Origin: an uncultured delta proteobacterium | Lineage (GTDB): Bacteria > Myxococcota_A > UBA9160 > SMWR01 | Assembly (NCBI GenBank): GCA_963832165.1 | Contig: CAWHTE010000001.1 | Location: 160,001 to 224,000 of the forward strand | Length of the DNA stretch: 64,000 nt | Direction: 5' to 3' | Shown here: piece by piece, positions 1-9,960 of the stretch | Layout: each line of letters opens with the position of its first letter | Numbering within the stretch: the stretch's first letter is position 1 | Program-made: the position numbers and the translations under genes | The notes under the pieces: model-generated | What the model was told of the DNA's origin: nothing | The model's database searches: none | The model's input: only the letters and a program-made list of their open reading frames with translations

Positions 1-264
1 CACGAGCACCTGCGCGCCGATCGGCAGTGTGCCCGCATGCCGGGCCACCTCGGCCACGACCAGCGCGGCCTCGAGCGTGCCCGTCTCCGGGCCGCCCAGC
101 GCGATCTCGGCGAAGCCCGCCTCCGAGAGCGCGGCGTCGAGCGGCTCGTCCCAGGCGGCCTTCGCGTCGAGCTCGATCGCGCGCGCGGGCCCCGCATGCT
201 GCGCACACAGGGAATCCACTGCGGCGAGGATCGCGCGCTGATCGTCGTTCCACTCGAAGTCCAT
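1..264 (-). CDS. Acyl-CoA dehydrogenase family protein, N-terminal part (runs off window start); likely partner subunit of the adjacent ACAD
   Basis: Manual translation from ATG at 264: MDFEWNDDQRAILAAVDSLCAQHAG...LEAALVVAEVARHAG, a typical ACAD N-terminus; starts 4 bp after the upstream ACAD stop. Confidence 0.75.
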   Translation of the reverse strand, partial: MDFEWNDDQRAILAAVDSLCAQHAGPARAIELDAKAAWDEPLDAALSEAGFAEIALGGPETGTLEAALVVAEVARHAGTLPIGAQVLV

Positions 265-268
265 TCGA

Positions 269-1414
269 CTACTCGCGCGGCAGATCGAGCCAGCGGCTCG
301 CGATCAGGTTCAGGTTGATCTCGGTGGTGCCGACGGCGACGCCCGCGGTCATCGCGAGGCGCCAGTACGACTCGGCGAAGTTCCCGTACGCGAGCGCCTC
401 GGCGCCGTAGATCTCGAGCGCGAGGTCGGAGACCGCGTTCTCGCACCACGTGCCCGCGACGCGCGCGATGTTCGTGTCGGCGGTCGGCTCGCTGCCCTTC
501 GCGCGCAGATCGATCACGCGGTACGAGAGCAGCCGCGACGCCTCCACCGCCGTGCGCGCCGCGCCGAGCTTCTCCTGGATCACGGGGTCGTCGAGCTTGC
601 CGCGCTCGCGCGCGGCCTCGGCGAGCGCGTCGAGCGTGAGCGCGGCGCGCGCATAGCGCATCGCGCCGACGCGCTCGAACGCGAGCGCGTACGACACGAC
701 GCCCCAGCCTTCGCCCTCGGGTCCGAGCTGGCACGACGCCGGGATCCGCGCGTCGTCGAAGAACAGCTCGTGGAAGTAGCGCTCGCCGATCACCGCGGGC
801 ACCTCGCGCACCTCGATCCCGGGGGCGTCCATCGGTGCGAGCAGCACGGTGATGCCCTGATGGCGTTTCGAGTTCGGATCGGTGCGCACGAGCAGGAAGC
901 AGTACTCGGCGCCAGCCACGTACGACGTCCAGATCTTCGAGCCGTTCACCACGTAGTCGTCGCCGTCACGCACGGCCGCCGTGCGCAGCGAGACGAGATC
1001 GCTGCCGGCCTCGGGCTCCGAAAAGCCCTGACACCAGAGCACGTTGCCCGCTGAGATCTTTGGAAGATGAAACTTCTTCTGGTCTTCGCTGCCGTACTTC
1101 ATGATCGTGGGGCCGATCCAGTTGACGTTCATGTACTGCGAGCCGCGCGGCTCGCCGACGCGCCACATCTCCTCGGACAGGATCGCGTGGCGCCACGGCG
1201 TGGCGTCGGCACCGCCGTAGGCCTTGGGCCAGCTCTGGGTGAGCCAGCCGCGCTGCGCGAGCGCGCCGCAGAATTCGCGCGAGAACGCCGCCTGGGCGTC
1301 GCTACCGGGACCGTGCACCGAAATCTCGGCCCAGTTGCTCGGCAGTCCCGCGTCGAGAAACGCGCGCAGCTCGTGGCGGTACGCCGCGTCGCCTTCGGAC
1401 CATTCGAATTCCAA
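269..1414 (-). CDS. Acyl-CoA dehydrogenase
   Basis: WCQGFSEPEAGSDL, VNGSKIWTS and GTTEI motifs; TTG start (LEFEWSEG) behind a GGGAGAG RBS. Confidence 0.9.
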   Translation of the reverse strand: MEFEWSEGDAAYRHELRAFLDAGLPSNWAEISVHGPGSDAQAAFSREFCGALAQRGWLTQSWPKAYGGADATPWRHAILSEEMWRVGEPRGSQYMNVNWIGPTIMKYGSEDQKKFHLPKISAGNVLWCQGFSEPEAGSDLVSLRTAAVRDGDDYVVNGSKIWTSYVAGAEYCFLLVRTDPNSKRHQGITVLLAPMDAPGIEVREVPAVIGERYFHELFFDDARIPASCQLGPEGEGWGVVSYALAFERVGAMRYARAALTLDALAEAARERGKLDDPVIQEKLGAARTAVEASRLLSYRVIDLRAKGSEPTADTNIARVAGTWCENAVSDLALEIYGAEALAYGNFAESYWRLAMTAGVAVGTTEINLNLIASRWLDLPRE

Positions 1415-1486
1415 AGCAACTCTCCCGAGCCAGGGGGCCGCCAGTCTACGCTTTCCTCGACGGCGCGGCTGCGGTAGCTCTATCGC

Positions 1487-3121
1487 GTGGCAGCCCCGCG
1501 CTTTCCCGACTACGAGCCGACGGTTCCGGTGTTCCTCGCGCAGGTGAACAAGCGCTACGGCGCGAACCCGCTGATCCTGCTCGGCGAGCGGCGCATCACC
1601 TACGCCGAGGCCGAGCGCGCCTCCGCGCGGCTCGCGCGCGGCCTCGTCGCGCGCGGCTTCGGCAAGGGCAGCCGGATCGCCGTGCTCGCGCCGAACGGGC
1701 CCGACTGGGTGGTGTGGTGGCTCGCCGTGACGCGGATCGGCGCCGTGATGGTGCCGCTCAACACCTTCTACAAGCCGCGCGAGCTCGGCTACGTGCTGCG
1801 CCACTCCGACGCCGCGGCGCTCGTGACGGTCGCGCGCTTCCTCGGCAACGACTACCTCGAGCGCCTCGAGACCTGCGCGCCCGGGCTCGCGGGCCAGCGC
1901 GGTGCACTCCATGCGCGCGAGCTGCCCTTCCTGCGCCACGTGTTCGCATCGGGCGACACCGGTGGCCGCAGCTGGGCCGAGCCGATCTCCGCACTCGAGG
2001 CGGCCGCCGATGCGGCGCCCGCGATCGACGGCGCGTTCCTCGCCGAAGTGGAGGCGTGCGTCACGCCGGCCGACCCGATGCTCGTGATCTACAGCTCGGG
2101 CAGCACCGCCGATCCCAAGGGCGCCGTGCACAGCCAGGGTGCGCCTCTTCGACATGCCTGCAACACCAATCAGTTTCGCGACTTCGAGCCGACCGACCGG
2201 ATCTTCTCGCCGCTTCCGTTCTTCTGGGTGGGCGGGTTCGTGTTCTCGCTGCTCGCCACGATGCACGCGGGCGCGTTCCTGCTCTGCGAGGAGGTGTTCG
2301 AGCCCGGCGCGACGCTCGCGCTGCTCGAGCGCGAACGGGCCACGATCGCCGCGGGCTGGCCGCACTACTCGAAGGCGTTGATCGAGCATCCGAGCTTCGC
2401 CTCACGAGATCTGTCGTCGATCCGCGCGGGCAACATGTACGCGGTGCTGCCCGACTCGGCGCGCCCGGCCGATCCCGAGCTGCGCTCGAACTCGCTCGGC
2501 ATGACCGAGACGTGCGGCCCGCACACCTACGACCGCATGGACGTCGATCTGCCCGAGCGCCTGCGCGGCTCGTTCGGCCACGCGGTGCCGGGCGTGGAGC
2601 ACAAGGTGGTCGATCCAGAGACGGGCGCGACGCTGCCGCCGGGCGAGGTCGGCGAGATCTGCGTGCGCGGCTACAGCCTCATGCTCGGACTGCACAAGCA
2701 GGAGCGCGAGGACGTGTTCGACCGCGACGGCTACTACCACACGGGCGACGCGGGCTATTTCGACGCCGACGGCGTGCTCTTCTTCCAGGCGCGCCTCGGC
2801 GAGATGATCAAGACCGCGGGCGCGAACGTGACGCCGCGCGAGGTCGAGGTGGTGATCGAGACCTTCCCGGAGGTCGTGTCCGCGTTCGTGGTCGGCCTGC
2901 CCGATCCCGTGCGCGGCCAGAACGTGGCGGCGGCCGTCGTGCTCAAGCGCGGCGCCGAGCTCGACGCGGATACCGCGCGCGCGCGGCTGCGCGAGCAGCT
3001 CTCGAGCTACAAGGTGCCGCGCCAGTGGCTGTTCGCGGCGAAGGAAGAGCTGCCGTTCACCGACAGCGGCAAGATCGACAAGAAGCGGCTCGCCGCGCTT
3101 CTCGCGGCGCGACTCGGCTAG
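1487..3121 (+). CDS. Class I adenylate-forming enzyme (acyl-CoA synthetase)
   Basis: YSSGSTADPKG P-loop, LGMTET, YHTGD and TDSGKIDK motifs. Confidence 0.9.
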   Translation: MAAPRFPDYEPTVPVFLAQVNKRYGANPLILLGERRITYAEAERASARLARGLVARGFGKGSRIAVLAPNGPDWVVWWLAVTRIGAVMVPLNTFYKPRELGYVLRHSDAAALVTVARFLGNDYLERLETCAPGLAGQRGALHARELPFLRHVFASGDTGGRSWAEPISALEAAADAAPAIDGAFLAEVEACVTPADPMLVIYSSGSTADPKGAVHSQGAPLRHACNTNQFRDFEPTDRIFSPLPFFWVGGFVFSLLATMHAGAFLLCEEVFEPGATLALLERERATIAAGWPHYSKALIEHPSFASRDLSSIRAGNMYAVLPDSARPADPELRSNSLGMTETCGPHTYDRMDVDLPERLRGSFGHAVPGVEHKVVDPETGATLPPGEVGEICVRGYSLMLGLHKQEREDVFDRDGYYHTGDAGYFDADGVLFFQARLGEMIKTAGANVTPREVEVVIETFPEVVSAFVVGLPDPVRGQNVAAAVVLKRGAELDADTARARLREQLSSYKVPRQWLFAAKEELPFTDSGKIDKKRLAALLAARLG

Positions 3122-3167
3122 TTCGCCGCGATAGGCTGCTAACGTTTCCGCTCATCCTGAGGTGATC

Positions 3168-3712
3168 ATGAAATTCCTCCCGTACTCCGTCTCCTTGCTC
3201 ACTACCGCCGTGCTCCTCGCGGCTCCGCTCGCTGCGCGAGCGGAGGAGAAGGCGCCGCGAAGGCTCCCGCGAAAGCTCCCGCTGCGGCGCACAGCGTCGT
3301 CGAGAAGGGCAGCAAGGTCTCGATCGAGTACACGCTCACCGAGGGCGGCAAGGTCATCGACACCAATTCCGGAAAGGCGCCGCTCACCTACGAGCAGGGC
3401 GCCGGGAAGATGCTGCCCGGGTTCGAAGCGCAGATGAACGGGCTCAAGTCCGGCGCGACGAAGGAGTTCGATCTCGCGCCGGAGCAGGCCTACGGTCCGG
3501 TGCGCAAGGAGCTGTACCAGACCGTCGACGCCGCGCAGATCCCCGCCGATGCGCGCAAGGTGGGCACGATGCTGACGGCGCAAGCAGAGACCGGCCAGCA
3601 GCGTCCGGTTCGCGTGCACGAGATCAAAGGCGACAAGATCGTGCTCGACATGAACCACCCGCTCGCGGGCAAGAAGCTGCACTTCGCAGTGAAGGTCATC
3701 TCGATCGAGTAG
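3168..3712 (+). CDS. FKBP-type peptidyl-prolyl isomerase, SlyD-like, with signal peptide (frameshift near 3255)
   Basis: Restoring one C at ~3255 gives signal peptide + APAKAPAKAPA linker + VSIEYTL...PEQAYG...DMNHPLAGKKLHFAVKV (SlyD signature). Confidence 0.8.
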
Positions 3713-3727
3713 CGCGCTCGCGCGCAA

Positions 3728-4246
3728 CTACTTCCGCGAACGGCCGCGCGCGACGAGCAGAGCTCCCGCGCTGATCGCGATCCCGAGCGCGCGGCCCGGC
3801 TCGGGCAGCTCCTCGACCACGGTGTAGCTCCAGAAGCAGATCGTGCCGTCCGTGTTCGCGATCCAGCGCTCGACGTCCTGCTCGACGTAGCCGGGCCAGC
3901 CGTCGCAGAGCTCGATCGCGAAGTCTCCGAAGCCCTCGAACGACGTCTGGTGCCACGACCAGAGCGGCTCGCCCGGAGCGCGCACGTCGCGGTTCCGGCC
4001 ATCCGCACCCGCCGCGATCTTGACCACGGCGATCGTCGCCCCGGCCGCGGCGCCCTTCTCGATCAGCGCGCGCGCGTGAGCGATGTCGGCCGGCTCCTGG
4101 AGCATGAGCACGTACGAATCGCCGTGCGGCGGGTGCTGGCCCGACTCCGCGACGAGGAACTCGATCGATTCGGCCGCCGCGGGGGCGGTCGCTGCCGCGG
4201 CGATCAGGACCGCCGCGGCGAGCGCGCGAAGCGCCGTTCTCCTCAT
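3728..4246 (-). CDS. Exported BP74-like protein with PEP-CTERM-type sorting tail
   Basis: Signal peptide; WSWH...FAIELCDGWPGYVE...CFW core; C-terminal LPEPG + hydrophobic stretch + RGRSRK. Confidence 0.65.
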   Translation of the reverse strand: MRRTALRALAAAVLIAAAATAPAAAESIEFLVAESGQHPPHGDSYVLMLQEPADIAHARALIEKGAAAGATIAVVKIAAGADGRNRDVRAPGEPLWSWHQTSFEGFGDFAIELCDGWPGYVEQDVERWIANTDGTICFWSYTVVEELPEPGRALGIAISAGALLVARGRSRK

Positions 4247-4878
4247 TCCGGCGCCTCGCCGGCGAGCAGCGCGAAGCCGTGCCAGCGCCAGACGCAGTCG
4301 ACGTTGCGCAGACCGGCCGCGCGCATCCAGTCGAGCTGGGGCTCGATCGCGGCGAGCCGATCTTCCGGATCACCGTCGGGGCGACCGATCGCGTCGCAAA
4401 AGCGCCGCTGGAGCTCTGCCGTGGCGCACTGCAAGACTTCGAGGTTCGCGAACAGCCCGCCCGGTCGCAGCATGCGCGCGGCCTCGGCGAACAGCTGCTG
4501 CTTGCGCGGGTGCTCGAGATGGTGGATCGCAAATCCCGACACGATCACATCGAACGAACCCAGGCGTGCGATCGGATCGGCGAGATCGTGCCGCGACACC
4601 GAGACGCGCGGGTCGCCGGCGAATCGCGTACGCGCGGCTTCGAGCATCGGCTCGGAGCGATCGACGGCGACCACCGACGCGACCGAATCGCGCGCGGCCA
4701 TCACGAGCCCGGCCAGACGGCCGTCGCCGCACCCGAGATCGAGCACCGACGCGGGCGCAGCCGGCAGGATCTCGACGAGCACGCCCTCGCCCGCGATCCG
4801 GCCCGGGAGTCCGCCCACGCGCGCGAGGTATTCCTCGACCTTCTCGCGGGACTGCCAGGTCGTGGGGTCGTCCGGCAC
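4243..4878 (-). CDS. Class I SAM-dependent methyltransferase
   Basis: VLDLGCGDG motif I, FDVIVSGFAIHH, LRPGG. Confidence 0.88.
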   Translation of the reverse strand: MPDDPTTWQSREKVEEYLARVGGLPGRIAGEGVLVEILPAAPASVLDLGCGDGRLAGLVMAARDSVASVVAVDRSEPMLEAARTRFAGDPRVSVSRHDLADPIARLGSFDVIVSGFAIHHLEHPRKQQLFAEAARMLRPGGLFANLEVLQCATAELQRRFCDAIGRPDGDPEDRLAAIEPQLDWMRAAGLRNVDCVWRWHGFALLAGEAPE

Positions 4879-4885
4879 GGCGCCG

Positions 4886-5302
4886 CTATTCCTCGACGAG
4901 CGCCGCGAGCTTGGTCGGCGCGATCCGGCGGTACGCCTCCCGCACGAGCGCCGCGACCATCTCCCAGTCGGGCTTCGTGTCGAGCACCACGCCGACCCAG
5001 CCCTTGTGTCCCACGTAGGGCGGCCGGAAGAACCGCTTCGGATCCCCCGCGATCAGCGCCTCCTGTGCCTCGATCGCCGCGGGCAGCCAGACTGCGCAGT
5101 GCGGCGACCCGTGATGGTAGTCGTCGAGCTGCGCGAACATCTTGTCCTTCACGCGCCAGGTCGGCTCGCTCCAGGCCTCCTTCTCGGTAGCCTCGGGCAG
5201 CGCGAGACAGATCTTGCGCAAGCGCTCGATGATTCGGCGGCTCGCGGCGGTGCGCTCGCGGACGAGCTTCGGGGTGCTTCGGGTCTTCTTGCGCTTCGGC
5301 AC
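4886..5302 (-). CDS. MmcQ/YjbR family protein
   Basis: CLALPEATE...PTWRVKDKMFA...RFFRPPYVGHKGWVGV pattern; GTG start at 5302. Confidence 0.85.
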   Translation of the reverse strand: MPKRKKTRSTPKLVRERTAASRRIIERLRKICLALPEATEKEAWSEPTWRVKDKMFAQLDDYHHGSPHCAVWLPAAIEAQEALIAGDPKRFFRPPYVGHKGWVGVVLDTKPDWEMVAALVREAYRRIAPTKLAALVEE

Positions 5303-5324
5303 TTCGTGCTCGCGCGCCGCGTCG

Positions 5325-6089
5325 CTAGAAGCCCTCGACGCGGTGCAGGTTCCACCAGGTGATGCGCGGCCAGTGACGGCGCGCCCACACGCTGAACGCC
5401 GCGAAGCGATCCGGGTAGACCATGAGCTTTCCGCGCTCGAGGTCGCGCTCGATCGCGTCAAGCACGCGCTCGGGCTTGATCGGCGGCAGCTCCTTCAAGA
5501 TCTTGGGCTGCGACTTGGCCTGATCGAGCAGCGGCGTGGCGACGGGCGGCGGACACACGCACGCGAAGCGCACGCCGCGGCGGCGGTTCTCGTGGTAGAG
5601 CACTTCGGTGAACGCCACGACCGCGAACTTCGATGCGTTGTAGGCGCCGAAGTGCAGCGTCGGCAGCCAGCCCGCGACCGAGGCGAAGTTGACGAGGTCG
5701 CCCGATCCGCGCTGGAGCATGCCCGGAAGCACCGCGAGCGTGACGTTCACGGTGCCGCCGTAGTTGATGTCCATGATCCGGTTCACGAGGTCGGCGTCCT
5801 GATTCAGGAGCAGATCGGTCGGCATGATCGCGGCGGCGTTCATCACGCGGTCGATCGGGCCGAGCTCGCTCTCGATCTGGCGCACCAGGGTCGACACCGC
5901 GCGGGCGTCGGTGACGTCGATCGGATACGCGCGCACGTTCGCGAGATCGCCCCTCGTCTCGCGCAGGCCGGCCTCGTTCACGTCGAGGATCGCCACCTGC
6001 GCGCCCGCGGCGGCGAGCCTCCGCGCCGAGAGCCGACCCATTCCACTCGCTCCACCCGTCACCAGGGCTACTTTGCCGCGAAACGCCAT
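5325..6089 (-). CDS. SDR family oxidoreductase
   Basis: TGGASGMG Rossmann motif and YNASK catalytic motif. Confidence 0.9.
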   Translation of the reverse strand: MAFRGKVALVTGGASGMGRLSARRLAAAGAQVAILDVNEAGLRETRGDLANVRAYPIDVTDARAVSTLVRQIESELGPIDRVMNAAAIMPTDLLLNQDADLVNRIMDINYGGTVNVTLAVLPGMLQRGSGDLVNFASVAGWLPTLHFGAYNASKFAVVAFTEVLYHENRRRGVRFACVCPPPVATPLLDQAKSQPKILKELPPIKPERVLDAIERDLERGKLMVYPDRFAAFSVWARRHWPRITWWNLHRVEGF

Positions 6090-6114
6090 CGCGCGTTCTC
6101 CTCTTCGAGCTCGA

Positions 6115-7254
6115 CTAACGAATTGCACCCGCTTCGCGCAGCTTCGCGATCTCGGGCGCTGCGAATCCCCAATCGGCGAGCGCCGCGTCGGTGTGCTCAC
6201 CTGCGTGCGCGGGCGCGCTCCCGATCTGCGGCGGCGTGCGGGAGAAGCGCGGCGCGGGCGCCGGGTGCGTCTTGCCCGCGAACTCGACGAACGTCTGGCG
6301 CGCCTTGTTGTGGGGGTGATGCGGCGCCTCGCTCATCTCCAGCACGGGCGCGAAGCAGACGTCGCTGCCCTCCATGATCTCGCACCACTGCGCGCGCGTC
6401 TTGGTCTTGAAGATCTTCTCGATCCGCTCCTTCATCGCGGGCCACTGAGCGCGGTCGCTCTGGCGCGGCAGATCCTCGCCTGCGAGCCCGATCTTCTCGA
6501 TCAGCTCCGCGTAGAACTGCGGCTCGATCGAGCCGATCGAGACGTACTTGCCGTCGGCGGTCTCGAACGTGTCGTAGAAGTGCGCGCCCGTGTCGATCAG
6601 GTTCGCGGCGCGCTCCTCCTTCCAGAGTCCCGCCTGGCGCATCGAGTGGATCATCGTCATGAGGATGGCGGCGCCGTCGACCATCGCGGCGTCCACCACC
6701 TGGCCCTTGCCCGACGTGGCGCGCTCGGTGAGTGCGCACGCGATGCCGAACGCGAGCAGCATGCCGCCGCCGCCGAAGTCGCCGACGAGGTTCAGCGGCG
6801 GCGTCGGCCTCTGGCCGCGCCGGCCGATCGGCGCGAGCGTGCCCGCGAGCGCGATGTAGTTGATGTCGTGGCCGGCCGCGTGCGCGATCGGCCCTTCCTG
6901 GCCCCAGCCCGTCATGCGGCCGTAGACGAGGCGCGGGTTGCGCGCGAGGCACACGTCGGGGCTGAGCCCGAGGCGCTCCATCACGCCGGGCCGGAAGCCC
7001 TCGATCAGCGCGTCGGCGCGCTCGATCATGCGCAGCGCCGTGGCGACGGCTTCGGGGTTCTTCAAGTCGAGAGCCACGCTGCGCCGGCCGCGCTGCATGA
7101 TGTCCCAGTGCGGCTCGTCGGTCGCACCCGTCACGGCGCCTGCGCGGTCGATACGCAGCACCTCGGCACCCATGTCCGCGAGCATCATCGCGCAGAACGG
7201 ACCGGGGCCGATGCCCGCGAATTCGAGGATCCGGATCCCACTCAGCGGGCCCAT
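6115..7254 (-). CDS. CaiB/BaiF family CoA-transferase, alpha-methylacyl-CoA racemase-like
   Basis: [28 protein letters not shown] and GDFGGGG motifs. Confidence 0.9.
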   Translation of the reverse strand: MGPLSGIRILEFAGIGPGPFCAMMLADMGAEVLRIDRAGAVTGATDEPHWDIMQRGRRSVALDLKNPEAVATALRMIERADALIEGFRPGVMERLGLSPDVCLARNPRLVYGRMTGWGQEGPIAHAAGHDINYIALAGTLAPIGRRGQRPTPPLNLVGDFGGGGMLLAFGIACALTERATSGKGQVVDAAMVDGAAILMTMIHSMRQAGLWKEERAANLIDTGAHFYDTFETADGKYVSIGSIEPQFYAELIEKIGLAGEDLPRQSDRAQWPAMKERIEKIFKTKTRAQWCEIMEGSDVCFAPVLEMSEAPHHPHNKARQTFVEFAGKTHPAPAPRFSRTPPQIGSAPAHAGEHTDAALADWGFAAPEIAKLREAGAIR

Positions 7255-7282
7255 GGCATCGTCTCCGTTCGAGGAGGCCGCA

Positions 7283-8749
7283 TCATATCGCACGCGGTGC
7301 CGCGGATGGCGTTTCCGTCTCCGCGATCGCGGCCAGGAGCGAGTGCAGCTTCGCGCGCGTCTCGGCGTACTCGGCGGCCGGCTCGGAATCGGCCACGATG
7401 CCGCCGCCCGCGTGCAGGTAGGCGCGGCCGCCGCGCATGAACGCGCTGCGGATCACCACGGCGAGATCCGCGCCGCCGCGCACGTCGAGGTAGCCGAGCG
7501 CACCCGAGTAGAAGCCGCGTCGCAAGGTCTCGAGCCGATCGAGCGAGCGCATGGCGGCGATCTTCGGCGCGCCCGTCATCGAGCCGGGCGGGAACGCGGC
7601 CGCGATCGCGTCGAGCGCATCGCAGTCGGGGCGCAGCTGGCCCGTGACCGTCGACACGAGCTGGAATACCGAGGCGTAGGACTCGACCGCGAACAGCTCG
7701 GGAACCGCGATGCTGCCCGCGGTGCACACGCGGCCGAGGTCGTTGCGCACGAGATCGACGATCATGAGGTTCTCGGCGCGATCCTTCTCGGAGGCCGCGA
7801 GCGCGCGGCGCGCGACCGCGTCCTGCGCGGGATCGCCGCCGCGCGGCGCGGTGCCCTTGATCGGCCGGCTCTCGACGCGGCCCGACTCGTCGACGCGCAG
7901 AAAGCGCTCGGGCGAGCTGCCCGCGACCGCGACCTCGGGCAGCTCGAGATAGGCCGCGAACGGCGCGGGGTCGCGCCGCCGCAGCGCGCGGTAGAGCTGC
8001 CACGGATCGCCCGCGAACGCGCGATCGATGCGGTAGGTGAGGCACGCCTGGTAGAGCTCGCCCGCGGCGATCTCCTCGGCGATCGCCTCGACGGCCTTGC
8101 GATAGGCGGCGACGTCTAGCTCGGAATGGACACCGGGCGCCGCGGCGGGCGCAGTCACGCCCGCGACCGGGCGCGGGTGCGCGAGCCGCTCTTCGAGCAC
8201 TCGCGCGGAGCGCTCGGCGCGTTCGCGCGCCGCCGCGGGATCGCCCGCGAAGCCGAGCCCGACGATCTCGGTGCATCCGCGCTCGTGGTCGAAGCCGATC
8301 AGCGCGTCGACGAACAACCACACGGCGTCGGGCAGCGCGAGGTCGTTCGCACCGTGCAGCCGGTGCACGTCGAGCTGCTCGGCGAGCTCGTAGCCGAGCG
8401 CGCCGACCGCTCCGCCGCAGAACGGCAGCGCGCAGGGCTCGGCCGGCGCCGCGGGCAGATGCGCGCGCAGCGCTGCGAGAGCGGGGCCGCGCTCGCGCGT
8501 CGTTCCGACGGTGAGCCCCTCGTAGACCGCGCGGCGGCATTCGATCTCCACGTCGAGTCCGCGGCTGCGCACGATCAGGTACGGATCGGCGCCCGCGAAC
8601 GAGAAGCGCCCGATCCCGGGCGAAGGCGCGGCGCTCTCGAGCAGCCACGGCGCGCCGGCCGAGCGCAGGCGCTCGAGCGCACCGGCCGGGTCGAGCTCGG
8701 CCGGAGCCGGAATCGTCACGAGGGCGGTGCAGCGCGGGGGGCGGGCCAC
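7283..8749 (-). CDS. pabB: Aminodeoxychorismate synthase component I (TrpE/PabB family)
   Basis: [43 protein letters not shown] and GGGIVADS motifs. Confidence 0.85.
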   Translation of the reverse strand: MARPPRCTALVTIPAPAELDPAGALERLRSAGAPWLLESAAPSPGIGRFSFAGADPYLIVRSRGLDVEIECRRAVYEGLTVGTTRERGPALAALRAHLPAAPAEPCALPFCGGAVGALGYELAEQLDVHRLHGANDLALPDAVWLFVDALIGFDHERGCTEIVGLGFAGDPAAARERAERSARVLEERLAHPRPVAGVTAPAAAPGVHSELDVAAYRKAVEAIAEEIAAGELYQACLTYRIDRAFAGDPWQLYRALRRRDPAPFAAYLELPEVAVAGSSPERFLRVDESGRVESRPIKGTAPRGGDPAQDAVARRALAASEKDRAENLMIVDLVRNDLGRVCTAGSIAVPELFAVESYASVFQLVSTVTGQLRPDCDALDAIAAAFPPGSMTGAPKIAAMRSLDRLETLRRGFYSGALGYLDVRGGADLAVVIRSAFMRGGRAYLHAGGGIVADSEPAAEYAETRAKLHSLLAAIAETETPSAAPRAI

Positions 8750-8804
8750 GGGGCAACCGTATCGCAGCGCGGCCCCGCACAGTGCTTGAGCTAGCTTTCG
8801 CGCG

Positions 8805-9656
8805 GTGGATCGCGTCGTCTACTTCCATGCTGGCTGTCCCGACGGATTCGGCGCGGCCTGGTCCGTCTGGAAGGCCTGGGGCGAAGACGCGCGTTACGTA
8901 CCGCGCAGCCACGACGCCGACCCGCCGCGCAAGCCGCACGTGGGTGGCACGGTGGTGTTCGTCGACATCGCCCCCGACAACGAATACCTGCGCCAGCTCG
9001 CCGACCAAGCTGCGCACGTGATCGTGCTCGATCACCACTGGACCGCGCTCGAGCGCTACACGTCCGACCCCGGCGTCGAGAACATGATCAGCGACGGCGG
9101 ACACCGCGTGGTGTTCGATCTCGGCTACTCGGGCGCGGTGCTCGCGTGGCAGCACTTCCATCCCGACCAGCCGGTCCCGCCGCTGCTCGCGTACGTGCAG
9201 GACCAGGACCTGTGGCATTGGGCGCTGCCGCGCTCGGAAGAAGTCAACGCGGCGATCGGATCCCACGCGCGCGAGTTCGCGGTGTGGGACGCGCTCGCCG
9301 CGCGCAGCCCCGACGAGCTCGCGCGCGAGGGCGAGCCGATCCTGCGCGCGCAGCGGATCGAGATCCAGCGCGCGCTCGCCAACGCGCATCCGATCACGGT
9401 CGCCGACCGGCGGATCGAGGCCGTGAACGCGCTGCAGAATCGCAGCCACATCGGCCACGAGCTCGCCAAGCGCTGCGCGTTCGGCCATCCGATCGGAATC
9501 GTGTATCGCGTTTCGGGCCGCACCGTGGATGCCTCGATCTACTCGATCGGCGACGCCGACGTCTCGGCGATCGCGCGTCGCTACGGCGGAGGCGGACACC
9601 GGAACGCGTCGGGCTTCAGCCTGTCGCTGCGCCGCTGGCTCGACGAGTTCTGTTAG
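8805..9656 (+). CDS. DHH/DHHA1 family phosphoesterase (nanoRNase-like)
   Basis: H-x-x-C-x-DG, VFVD, LDHH, DxDLW and GGGHRNASGF motifs. Confidence 0.85.
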   Translation: MDRVVYFHAGCPDGFGAAWSVWKAWGEDARYVPRSHDADPPRKPHVGGTVVFVDIAPDNEYLRQLADQAAHVIVLDHHWTALERYTSDPGVENMISDGGHRVVFDLGYSGAVLAWQHFHPDQPVPPLLAYVQDQDLWHWALPRSEEVNAAIGSHAREFAVWDALAARSPDELAREGEPILRAQRIEIQRALANAHPITVADRRIEAVNALQNRSHIGHELAKRCAFGHPIGIVYRVSGRTVDASIYSIGDADVSAIARRYGGGGHRNASGFSLSLRRWLDEFC

Positions 9657-9934
9657 TCGCGCTCGATCTCCCACTCGGACGGCGTGAACGTGCGCAGCGC
9701 GAGCGCATGGATCTCGCCCCTCATCTCCGCGGCGAGCGCGCCATACACGAGGCGCTGGCGTGCCACGCGCGAGAGGCCCTCGAAGCGCTCCGAGACGATC
9801 GTGGCGCGGAAGTGCCCGCCGCCCGACGCCGCTCCCGCGTGACCCACGTGCAGGTGGCTCTCGTCGGCCACGTCGACGTGCGCGGGCGCGAGCTCGGCGC
9901 GCAGGCGCGCTTCGATGTGGCTGCGGCGATCCAT
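9653..9934 (-). CDS. bolA: BolA family protein
   Basis: DESHLH, GHFRATIVSERFEGLSRVARQRLVY and IHAL motifs. Confidence 0.9.
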   Translation of the reverse strand: MDRRSHIEARLRAELAPAHVDVADESHLHVGHAGAASGGGHFRATIVSERFEGLSRVARQRLVYGALAAEMRGEIHALALRTFTPSEWEIERD

Positions 9935-9960
9935 CTCGCGTGCCAAGATAGCTCCGGCAC

